DNA of 64,000 bases. Source: Candidatus Bathyarchaeota archaeon. GTDB taxonomy: Archaea > Thermoproteota > Bathyarchaeia > TCS64. The position numbers and the translations under genes are program-made. The stretch is from positions 45,638 through 109,637 of the forward strand of contig CAWGAT010000044.1 of NCBI GenBank assembly GCA_963820555.1, in the 5' to 3' direction. Positions 20,821 to 28,828 of the stretch are shown here, one piece after another (position 1 is the stretch's first letter; each line of letters starts with the position of its first letter). The notes under the pieces were generated by a model. That model searched no databases and had not been told where the DNA came from. It saw only the letters and a program-made list of their open reading frames with translations.

Positions 20821-23341
20821 GCGACAACAAAGAGGAGCCGAGGGTGGGCGTCTTCGTCTGCCGATGCGGCCTCAACGTGGCCAAATCCGTCGACACGACC
20901 AGCCTCAAGGAGTACGCCTCGAAGCTCCCGGGGGTCGTCTACGCGGAGGAGAGCGACTTCGCCTGCAGCGACGCAGGCGTGAAGACGATAAGCGAGGCGA
21001 TAAAGGCGAACGGGATCAACCGCGTCGTCGTCGCCGGGTGCTCACCGTGGCTGCACGAGCCGACGTTCCAGAGGATGATGGAGCGCGTAAGGCTCAACAA
21101 GTACCTCCTCGAGATGGCGAACATCCGCGAGCACTGCGCCCTCCTCTACCCGGGGCAGATACTCAAGGCGACCGAGAAGGCGAAGTTCATAGTGAAGGCC
21201 GCCGTGGAGAGGGCGAAGACCCTCGAGCCCATCGAGAAGAAGAGGTTCCCCGTCCAGAAGTCAGTCCTCGTCATAGGCGGGGGCGTCGCCGGCGTCGAGG
21301 CCTCGAAGAGGCTCGGCGACCTAGGGATGGAGGTCTTCCTCGTCGAGAAAACGCCCTTCCTAGGCGGCAAGGTCCTGCAACTCGGCTCCGTATTCCCGAG
21401 CGACGACTGCGGGACGTGCGTCTCCCCCTGCGGGAACGACCTCCACCGCCGCTGCTTCTACAGAAACACCGTCGCCAACCACGAACACGTCAACATCCTC
21501 ACGTCGTCCGTGCTGAGGAAGCTCACCGGCCACATTGGAAACTATAAGGCGACCATCGGGGTCAACCCCCGCTTCGTCAATCAGGAGCTATGCATGGGCT
21601 GCGACAGGTGCGCGGATGTGTGCCCAGTCGAGGTTCCGAACGAGTTCAACTTCGGCCTCGATAAGAGGAAGGCCATCTACATCCTCAGCGACCAGGCTCT
21701 ACCAAGGGTCTACGCTATAGACCCAGGCACCTGCACGAGGTGCGGGAAGTGCGTTGACGCTTGCCCGGTAAGGGCGATTGACCTAGGTGAGCAGCCCAGA
21801 GAGATGACAGTTGACATCGGCGCCGTTGTCGTCGCCTCGGGCTTCGAGACGTTCGACCCAAAGGGGATGCATGGTTATGGTGAGAACCCCAACGTCGTCA
21901 CACAGCTCCAGCTGGCGAGGATGCTCGACCAGTCCGGGCCCACGAGGGGGCGGGTCATCCGCCCAGGCGACGGGCAGGAGCCAAAGCGCATCGCCATGAT
22001 CCAGTGCGTGGGGTCACGCGACACGAAGACCCACGAGTACTGCAGCAAGATATGCTGCGGCATCGCGGTGAAGCACGCGACTGAGATCATGGAGAGGTAC
22101 CCGGAGGCGGGGCTGGCAATCATCCACAAGGACATCCGCCTCACGGGGAAGCACTACGAGGACTACTACTACCGGGCACAGAACCTAGGTGTACGCCTTC
22201 TCAGGGGGGAAGTGGAAGACGTGACCACTATGCCCGACGGCTCCATCCACATCGACGTCAAGGACGAGTTCGGCGAGATAGTTCCACTATACGTGGACCT
22301 GCTCGTCCTCTCCACTGGCCTAGAGCCATCCGAGGGGGCGCCAGAACTTGCTCAGAAGCTTGGTGTCGCCATTTCGGCGGACGGGTTCTTCGCGGAGCGC
22401 GGCCCGAAGCTGGAGCCACTTGGACACGGCTGTGGAGGGCATCTTCATAGCCGGTACAGCGCACGGGCCCAAGGACATCCAGGAGAGCGTCACGCAGGCC
22501 CTCGGCGCAACGGGGCGCGTAGCCTCGATGCTCATGCGTGGGGAAATGGAGATCGACCTCGCGAAGGCGTGGGTGGACAAGGAGAAGTGCGTCGGATGCG
22601 GCGCCTGCGCGAGCATATGCCCATTCAGCGCCATCGAGTGGAGCGCCTTCGGGGAGCCCAAGGTCATCGAGGCAGCCTGCGAGGGCTGCGGGATATGCAG
22701 CGCCGTTTGCCCCGTCTCCGCCATGCAGCTACGCCACTACAAGGACGACCAACTCGTCCCCAAGATCAAGGCGATCCTCACACCCAAGTGGCTGAGCGAG
22801 GAGAAGAAGGACGAGCCAGTGATCGTCGCCTTCGCCTGTCAGTGGTGCAGCTACGCCGCCGCGGACGCCGCGGGCAATATGGGGATGGAGTACCCCGATA
22901 ACATCACGGATAATCCGGGTACCATGCACCGGGAGGATAGACGCCTTGCACGTCCTCGCTGCATTCAGAAATGGCGCCGACGGAGTAATCATAAGTGGGT
23001 GCCTGCCGACGCAGTGCAACTACCTTACTGGTAACCTCGAGGCAATCGACCGCGTCGACGTCATGAAGAAGACCCTCGACGTCCTCGGATACGGTGGAGA
23101 GCGACTCGAAACGATCTTCACTAGCGCTTGCATGCCGACTTGGCTGATAACCATGTTCAACGACTTCACAGAGCACATTAGAAAGCTAAACGAATGCCAA
23201 CAAGAAGGTCGAGACACTAACCCACGACTAATCATTTTTTTAAACTATTCCGAAATGAGGCAGGTCATCGTCGAGACGACGCCGGGGAGGTTTCTTATGT
23301 CCATCACCATCTTCTTTATCCCCATCGTGCTTGGGTCCTGA
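20817..23341 (+). CDS. hdrA: HdrA-MvhD fusion protein, copy 2 (frameshifts near 22422 and 22906; 3' end uncertain, 23220 or 23341)
   Basis: VGVFVCRCGLNV N-terminal Cys motif, VLVIGGGVAGVEAS, CMGCDRCADVCP, CTRCGKCVDACP. C-terminal MvhD-like VIVAFACQWCSY...VPCTGRIDALHVLAAFRNGADGVIISGC. ATGA overlap with copy 1. Confidence 0.85.
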
Positions 23342-23472
23342 CAGAGTGTGTAGATGTCGTAGGGCCCATAGATCATGTTAGCTTCCGTGACTCCTGGGTA
23401 TCCCTTTATCTTGTTAAACAGGTTCGTATCGGCTTGCGACTTCGACTTAACTAAGATCAGTGCCCTCTGCAT
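23245..23472 (-). CDS. stand-alone RAM (Lrp/AsnC C-terminal ligand-binding) domain protein, paralogue 1
   Basis: 75 aa: MQRALILVKS..IKGYPGVTEANMIYGPYDIYTL..IRNLPGVVSTMTCLI. No HTH domain. Confidence 0.7.
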   Translation of the reverse strand: MQRALILVKSKSQADTNLFNKIKGYPGVTEANMIYGPYDIYTLCQDPSTMGIKKMVMDIRNLPGVVSTMTCLISE

Positions 23473-23673
23473 ATCGGATCAGAGGATAAATACTGTAATT
23501 AATATAAATGCTTGTTTCGAGGCGTTTAATCGATAAATTCTATGATTATCTCATTATCTTCTTGTAATGTTCGTATTACTAACCTTATTATCGGACAAAT
23601 AACTAGTTTTTCCCCTGTTATCGTTAGTTGGATAAATTTAAATCACGTGTGGTTGATTACTTCTACGATTGTC

Positions 23674-23907
23674 ATGGAACAGGCACTCATCCTCGTGGTG
23701 CTGGCGCCGTCTTTCAAGTCTGAGACCCTAGATAAGATACGCAAGATCCCGGGTGTCGTGACCGCTCACTTACTCTACGGACCCTACGACCTCTTCGCGA
23801 CGATCAAGGTGAACACGCGCGAGGAGATGAGGGCAGCCGTGACGAAGATCCGCGAGACCGAGGGCATCAAGTCGACGATAACCTGTAACGTGATTCCCCA
23901 GGCGTAG
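23674..23907 (+). CDS. stand-alone RAM domain protein, paralogue 2
   Basis: 77 aa from ATG 23674: MEQALILVVL..IRKIPGVVTAHLLYGPYDLFAT..IRETEGIKSTITCNV. The upstream part of ORF 23542 is AT-rich and non-coding-like. Confidence 0.7.
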   Translation: MEQALILVVLAPSFKSETLDKIRKIPGVVTAHLLYGPYDLFATIKVNTREEMRAAVTKIRETEGIKSTITCNVIPQA

Positions 23908-23976
23908 CCCTCTCTAAAAGCAGTAACCCCGTATTTCCAAAATTCAAGACTTATTATAATCATACCCAAATCATAC

Positions 23977-24336
23977 ATGATCACGTCCGGCTTGGATGAA
24001 ACCGTGTACTACGCTAGGCGCGAGGCCCACTTCGAGTCGTTCCCGGCGGAGAACTACGTCGACTACATGACAAACGTTTTGCCGATCCCGGAGAGGCACA
24101 TCTTCTACATCCCCTCAAAGGGCATGGGGATCATCTGCGAAGTCTTGATGCCTGGTGAAGACAGTGTCCTACTATGGCGCACGGAACGACTCGATGAACC
24201 ACCTGAGAACTCTCAACCAGTTGAGATAAGTGAACATTTGATAACCTCGACCCTTGAGGGTCTGGCTGAAGGTCAGGCATCGAGCACCTGCCCGGTATGC
24301 GAGAAAAATCTGAGGCAGTTCCTTAGATTCTTTTAG
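23977..24336 (+). CDS. hypothetical protein with a C-terminal CPVC motif
   Basis: 119-aa ORF with coding-like composition between RAM paralogues 2 and 3. Confidence 0.4.
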   Translation: MITSGLDETVYYARREAHFESFPAENYVDYMTNVLPIPERHIFYIPSKGMGIICEVLMPGEDSVLLWRTERLDEPPENSQPVEISEHLITSTLEGLAEGQASSTCPVCEKNLRQFLRFF

Positions 24337-24388
24337 GTTGGAAAAATCTCTTGAAAATGGGTTAAATCTTAGAAGGGGGACCCCGGTT

Positions 24389-24625
24389 TTAGCCGACGAT
24401 TAGGAGTGTTGTCGTCGAGACGACCGAGGGGTATCCGCGGAGCTCCATTACAAGCTTAGTCATCTCGAGGGACTTCGAGACCTCGGCGATGAGGTACACA
24501 TCGTACTCACCGAAGGTCATGCCCGCCTCCTTAACCTCCGACCTCTGCTTGACCCTGTTCAATACCTCCTCTATGCAGTCTTCTCCGAGGCACTCGACCT
24601 TTAGCAGAATCAGAGCTTTTTCCAT
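24389..24625 (-). CDS. stand-alone RAM domain protein, paralogue 3
   Basis: 78 aa: MEKALILLKV..SEVKEAGMTFGEYDVYLIA..LRGYPSVVSTTTLLI. Confidence 0.7.
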   Translation of the reverse strand: MEKALILLKVECLGEDCIEEVLNRVKQRSEVKEAGMTFGEYDVYLIAEVSKSLEMTKLVMELRGYPSVVSTTTLLIVG

Positions 24626-24709
24626 TCGTGTTCAATACTAATAAAGAGACTAAATATTTAAGTTATCAGCCCTTCAAAATGGCGTAAATTGATGAAAAAA
24701 GATGGGGGT

Positions 24710-26122
24710 TTAGGCTTCCTTCGCCGCCTTGGCAGTTATGTATTCGTGTATCGCCTTGGCGGCATTTTTTCCAGCCCCCATTGCGCTGATGACGGTCGCT
24801 GCGCCGCTGACCACGTCGCCCCCCGCGTAGACGCCTGGGATGGCGGTCTGCATGGTCTCCTCGTTGACAACTATCGTCCCGTGGCGCGTCGTTTGGAGGC
24901 CCTCAGTCGTCTGTTGGATTATTGGGTTTGGTGACTGCCCGATGGCTATGACCGCTGTGTCGATGTCGATTGTGAAGTTGCTCCCCTCGATGGGCTCTGG
25001 TCGGCGTCTCCCCGACTGGTCGGGTTCGCTGAGGCGCTGCTTCACGCACTCAACCTTCTCTAGGAAGCCGCGCTCGTTTCCTATGAAGCGGACCGGGTTC
25101 GTGAGGAGGTTGAACTCTATGCCTTCCTCCTCGGCGTTTTCTGCCTCCTCGGCTCTCGCCGGCATCTCATCCCTGCTCCGCCTGTAGATTATGTAGACCC
25201 TCTCGGCCCCCAGCCTCAGGGCGCAGCGGGCCGAGTCCATGGCAACGTTCCCAGCCCCCACGACCCCGACCCTCTTCCCCACCCTGATCGGTGTGTCGTA
25301 CTCCGGGAACTTGTATGCCTTCATCAGATTCGTCCGTATCAGAAACTCGTTCGCTGAGTAGATACCCTTGAGGTTCTCCCCTGGGACATGGAGAAAGTTG
25401 GGGAGTCCCGCCCCCGAGCCTATGAAGACCGCGTCATAGCCCCCATTCATGAGTTCCTGTATAGTGGACAGCAACCCAATAGTCGAATCGAGGCGGAGTT
25501 CAACCCCGAGACTCTTCACGTACTCCACCTCCGTTTGGACTATCTCTTTCGGTAGTCTGAACTGGGGGATCCCGTACATCAGAACTCCCCCTGCGGTGTG
25601 AAGGGACTCGAAGATCGTGACCCTGTGCCCCATCTTGGCGAGGTCCGCAGCTACGGTCAACCCGGCTGGGCCGGAGCCTACTACGGCGACCTTACCATTT
25701 GTCTGTGGGGTGGCCTGGGGCTCCAGTTTTGTGTTCAGTCTCTCCCAGTCCGAGGCGTATCTCTCGAGGCGCCCGATCCCCACGGGGTCCCCCCTGACGC
25801 CGAGGACGCAGAACTTCTGGCACTGCTCTTCCTGCGGGCAGACCCTGCCGCATACTGCTGGAAGGGCGTTTTTCTCCTTGAGTTTCTTGGCCGCTTCTCC
25901 GAACTTGTGCTCCTTGATGAGTTGTATGAACTCAGGGATAGGGACCTCCACAGGGCACCCCTTCTTGCACTGGGGCTTGGGACAGTTGAGGCACCTCCCC
26001 GCTTCCATGAGGGCAAGCTCCTCTATGTAGCCCAGCGCCACCTCGTCGAAGTTGTGTATCCTCTGCTCGACTGCCTGCTTAGGCATCTCGGCTTGGGGTT
26101 TCCTGTTCGCCAAATCAGTCAC
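24710..26122 (-). CDS. nfnB: GltD-family NAD(P)H flavoprotein, NfnB/SudA-like large subunit
   Basis: CLNCPKPQCKKGCPV and AVCGRVCPQEEQCQKFC cluster motifs; two GxGxxG sites (VAVVGSGPAGL, VGVVGAGNVAMD); GVYAGGDVV. Confidence 0.85.
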   Translation of the reverse strand: MTDLANRKPQAEMPKQAVEQRIHNFDEVALGYIEELALMEAGRCLNCPKPQCKKGCPVEVPIPEFIQLIKEHKFGEAAKKLKEKNALPAVCGRVCPQEEQCQKFCVLGVRGDPVGIGRLERYASDWERLNTKLEPQATPQTNGKVAVVGSGPAGLTVAADLAKMGHRVTIFESLHTAGGVLMYGIPQFRLPKEIVQTEVEYVKSLGVELRLDSTIGLLSTIQELMNGGYDAVFIGSGAGLPNFLHVPGENLKGIYSANEFLIRTNLMKAYKFPEYDTPIRVGKRVGVVGAGNVAMDSARCALRLGAERVYIIYRRSRDEMPARAEEAENAEEEGIEFNLLTNPVRFIGNERGFLEKVECVKQRLSEPDQSGRRRPEPIEGSNFTIDIDTAVIAIGQSPNPIIQQTTEGLQTTRHGTIVVNEETMQTAIPGVYAGGDVVSGAATVISAMGAGKNAAKAIHEYITAKAAKEA

Positions 26123-26933
26123 CTCCGTCGAAGACGACCATGGCGATCTTCTCGTTGGGGTTGTAGAACCTCATGCGGCTAATGAGTTCATCATAGTTGA
26201 CCTTGTGGCCGTCAAAGTCAGGGCCGTGGACACAGGCGAAGCGCGTCTCCCCGCCGACGGTTACGCGGCAGGCCCCGCACATCCCCGTCCCATCCACCAT
26301 TATGGGGAACAGGTTAACCGTCGTCGGCGTGCCATAGGGCCTAGTCATCTCGGAGACAATCATCTGCATGCTCGTAGGCCCAATGGTAATCGCCTGAGAG
26401 AATTTCTTCTCCTTCAGCAGTTCCGCCAAGAAGGCTATGCCCTCATGGCCCTCCGAACCATCGTCGGTGGCAACGTGGAACTCGTCGCTGACCTTCCTCA
26501 GTTCGTCTACGAGGATGAGGTGATCCTTGCTTCTCGCCCCCAGGATCGTGGTTATCCGGTTTCCTGCTTTCCTCAGCGCCTTCACCTGGTATAGTAGGGC
26601 ACCCGCCATCACGCCCCCGCCCACGCAGAGGACGTCACCGTATTTCTGTATCTTCGTCGCGTTCCCGAGGGGACCCGAGAAGTTCAGTATTGAGTCCCCT
26701 ACATCCAGCTTCCCGAGCTGGATCGATGACTTCCCCACCTCCGCGAAGATGATGGTGACCGTGCCCTTCTTAGGGTCAGCATCCGCTATTGTTATCGGGA
26801 ACCTCTCCCCGCGCTCGTGGACGCGCAGAATAACGAACTGCCCTGGTCTCGATTTAGCGGCAACCGCAGGTGCTGTGACATCAAAGAGCTTGATGTTTGG
26901 TGCAAGCTTCTCCTTCCGCACTATACCGTACAT
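26115..26933 (-). CDS. nfnA: FNR/PyrK-like FAD/2Fe-2S subunit, NfnA/SudB-like small subunit
   Basis: RFPITIAD, VLCVGGGVMAGAL, and C-terminal CGACRV..FACVHGP. 8-nt overlap with the nfnB-like gene. Start placed at MYGIVRKEK. Confidence 0.85.
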   Translation of the reverse strand: MYGIVRKEKLAPNIKLFDVTAPAVAAKSRPGQFVILRVHERGERFPITIADADPKKGTVTIIFAEVGKSSIQLGKLDVGDSILNFSGPLGNATKIQKYGDVLCVGGGVMAGALLYQVKALRKAGNRITTILGARSKDHLILVDELRKVSDEFHVATDDGSEGHEGIAFLAELLKEKKFSQAITIGPTSMQMIVSEMTRPYGTPTTVNLFPIMVDGTGMCGACRVTVGGETRFACVHGPDFDGHKVNYDELISRMRFYNPNEKIAMVVFDGGD

Positions 26934-27090
26934 GAAGGGATCACAGTATTGTGGGTTAATACTATAAAAACCTGTACATGTTGTAATTATAATGAAGACC
27001 CTAACTGACAATCTCAATTAAAGGGAAAAACCGATGCAGGGAAAATGAGTAACGTATTGAAGAAGAAGAAAAAAAGAAATAACGAAGAGT

Positions 27091-28440
27091 TTACGCGTAG
27101 TAGCCCTGGGCGACCATCGCGTCGGCGACCTTGAGGAAGCCTGCGATGTTGGCACCCATTACGTAGTTGCCGGGCTGGCCGAATAGCTTCGCGGTGTCGT
27201 AGGCGTTCTTGTGGATGCCTACCATGATCGCGTGAAGCTTCTCGTCAACTTCCTCGCGAGTCCAGAAGTAGCGCTGGCTGTTCTGAGACATCTCGAGTCC
27301 GCTCGTGGCTACGCCACCTGCGTTGCTCGCCTTGCCGGGTGCATACAGGACCTTCGCCTTCTGGAAGACCTCGATGGCCTTCAAGTCGCAGGGCATGTTA
27401 GCGCCCTCGGTGACGGCTAAGATTCCGTCAGCGACAAGCTTCTCAGCCTCCTTGCCAAGCAGCTCGTTCTGAGTTGCGCTGGGGACTGCCACCTGGCCCT
27501 TGTAGTCCCATGGCTTTGCGCCCTTCTTGTACTCGATGCCCTTGAACTTCTCAGCCATCTCGCTGATGCGTCCCCTCTTGACGTTCTTCAGCTCCATCAT
27601 AAAGTCCCACTGCTCCTTTGTGAGACCCTTTGGCATGTAAATCGTACCGTCAGAGTCGCTGAGGGTGACTACCTTGCCTCCGAGCTGCATGACCTTCTCG
27701 GCGGCATACTGGGCCACATTGCCCGAGCCGCTGATGAGGACATCCTTACCCTTGAAGGAGTCCTTCTTGGTCTTCAACATCTCCTCAGCGAAGTAGACCG
27801 CACCATAGCCAGTCGCCTCCGGCCTGATGAGGCTGCCACCGAAGGGTATACCCTTGCCGGTGAGCACGCCAACACCGTGCTGGTTAGTGATCTTGCGGTA
27901 AGCGCCGTACATATAGCCTATTTCTCGTCCGCCCACACCGATGTCGCCAGCGGGGACGTCCGTGAACTGGCCAATGTGCCTAAAGATCTCTAGCATGAAG
28001 CTGGTGCAGAAACTCTCGACCTCGGCGTCAGTCTTGCCCTTGGGGTCGAAGTCGGAACCGCCCTTCGCACCACCCATGGGTAGGGTGGTGAGGCTATTCT
28101 TTAAGACCTGCTCGAAGCCTAGGAACTTTAGGACGCCGAGGTTCACCGTGGGGTGGAACCTGAAGCCGCCCTTGTATGGGCCGATAGCTGAGTTGAACTG
28201 GATCCTGTAGCCACGGTTGATCTGGAGCTCTCCATTCTTGTCCTTCCAGGGCACACGGAACTGAACCAGCCTCTCGGGCTCGACGATGCGCTCAAGAATC
28301 TTGTTCTCCTTGTACTGGGGGAACTTCTTGATCGCGGGCTCGATCGTGGTCAGAACCTCATATGCGGCCTGGTGGAACTCCTTCTGGAGGGGGTCCTTTT
28401 CAACAATGCCGTTGTAGACACTCTCAATATACTTATCCAA
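27091..28440 (-). CDS. gdhA: NADP-specific glutamate dehydrogenase, ~450-aa bacterial type
   Basis: GPYKGGFRFHP, PMGGAKGGSDFDPKGK, GSGNVAQYAAEK. Collinear with my recollection of E. coli GdhA over the full length. Confidence 0.95.
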   Translation of the reverse strand: MDKYIESVYNGIVEKDPLQKEFHQAAYEVLTTIEPAIKKFPQYKENKILERIVEPERLVQFRVPWKDKNGELQINRGYRIQFNSAIGPYKGGFRFHPTVNLGVLKFLGFEQVLKNSLTTLPMGGAKGGSDFDPKGKTDAEVESFCTSFMLEIFRHIGQFTDVPAGDIGVGGREIGYMYGAYRKITNQHGVGVLTGKGIPFGGSLIRPEATGYGAVYFAEEMLKTKKDSFKGKDVLISGSGNVAQYAAEKVMQLGGKVVTLSDSDGTIYMPKGLTKEQWDFMMELKNVKRGRISEMAEKFKGIEYKKGAKPWDYKGQVAVPSATQNELLGKEAEKLVADGILAVTEGANMPCDLKAIEVFQKAKVLYAPGKASNAGGVATSGLEMSQNSQRYFWTREEVDEKLHAIMVGIHKNAYDTAKLFGQPGNYVMGANIAGFLKVADAMVAQGYYA

Positions 28441-28749
28441 TTTTCGCGCCTCTCATAAACTCCAGCCATCCGGTATATATTGCTATCCATATTTTCCGCT
28501 GTATATATTCTATATTTATTTTACTTATAATACTTATCCAATTTATATCAATGAACCGATAATAATGACATAAAAGAGCGAATTTGTCAAGATAATAATG
28601 TAAAACAATGGACAAATACATTTTAATAATAGTGATATTAGATATTTCGTCTTTTTGAATGCTTATCTTTATAAAGAAAGTGTCCTTTTTTAACGATATG
28701 TTTAAATCTCTTTCTTTTGAAGCGTAGAGGATGGTATGTACAGGTTCGG

Positions 28750-28771
28750 TAAAGGTATATACTTACCTTTA
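28750..28771. promoter_or_regulatory. palindrome TAAAGGTA-TATACT-TACCTTTA overlapping a TATA-like element upstream of the Ech-type operon
   Basis: Perfect 8-bp inverted arms read directly, 58-79 nt upstream of ATG 28829 in a 388-bp AT-rich divergent spacer. Confidence 0.35.
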
Positions 28772-28828
28772 TGATGAATCTAAAGCGAATATCTACACGA
28801 TTCCTGTACTAATGTTGTGTGAGAACTC

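Noticed and set aside
20783-21547. 254-aa Arg/Gly/Pro-rich ORF in an alternate frame of hdrA copy 2
   Set aside because: The composition is extreme and it overlaps the clear HdrA frame.
22946-23341. The last ~40 codons of the hdrA copy 2 ORF run into AT-rich DNA and overlap the convergent RAM gene by ~97 nt
   Set aside because: This is probably not real protein sequence. By analogy with copies 1 and 3, the protein should end soon after ..FTEHIRKL. An alternate frame ends at 23220 (..KRMPTRRSRH), suggesting a further indel. The 3' end is kept as uncertain rather than reported as an overlap.
28771-28828. ATGATGA heptamer upstream of the Ech-type operon as a C box
   Set aside because: There is no matching D box (CUGA) at a suitable distance. 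It is more likely part of the 5' UTR.
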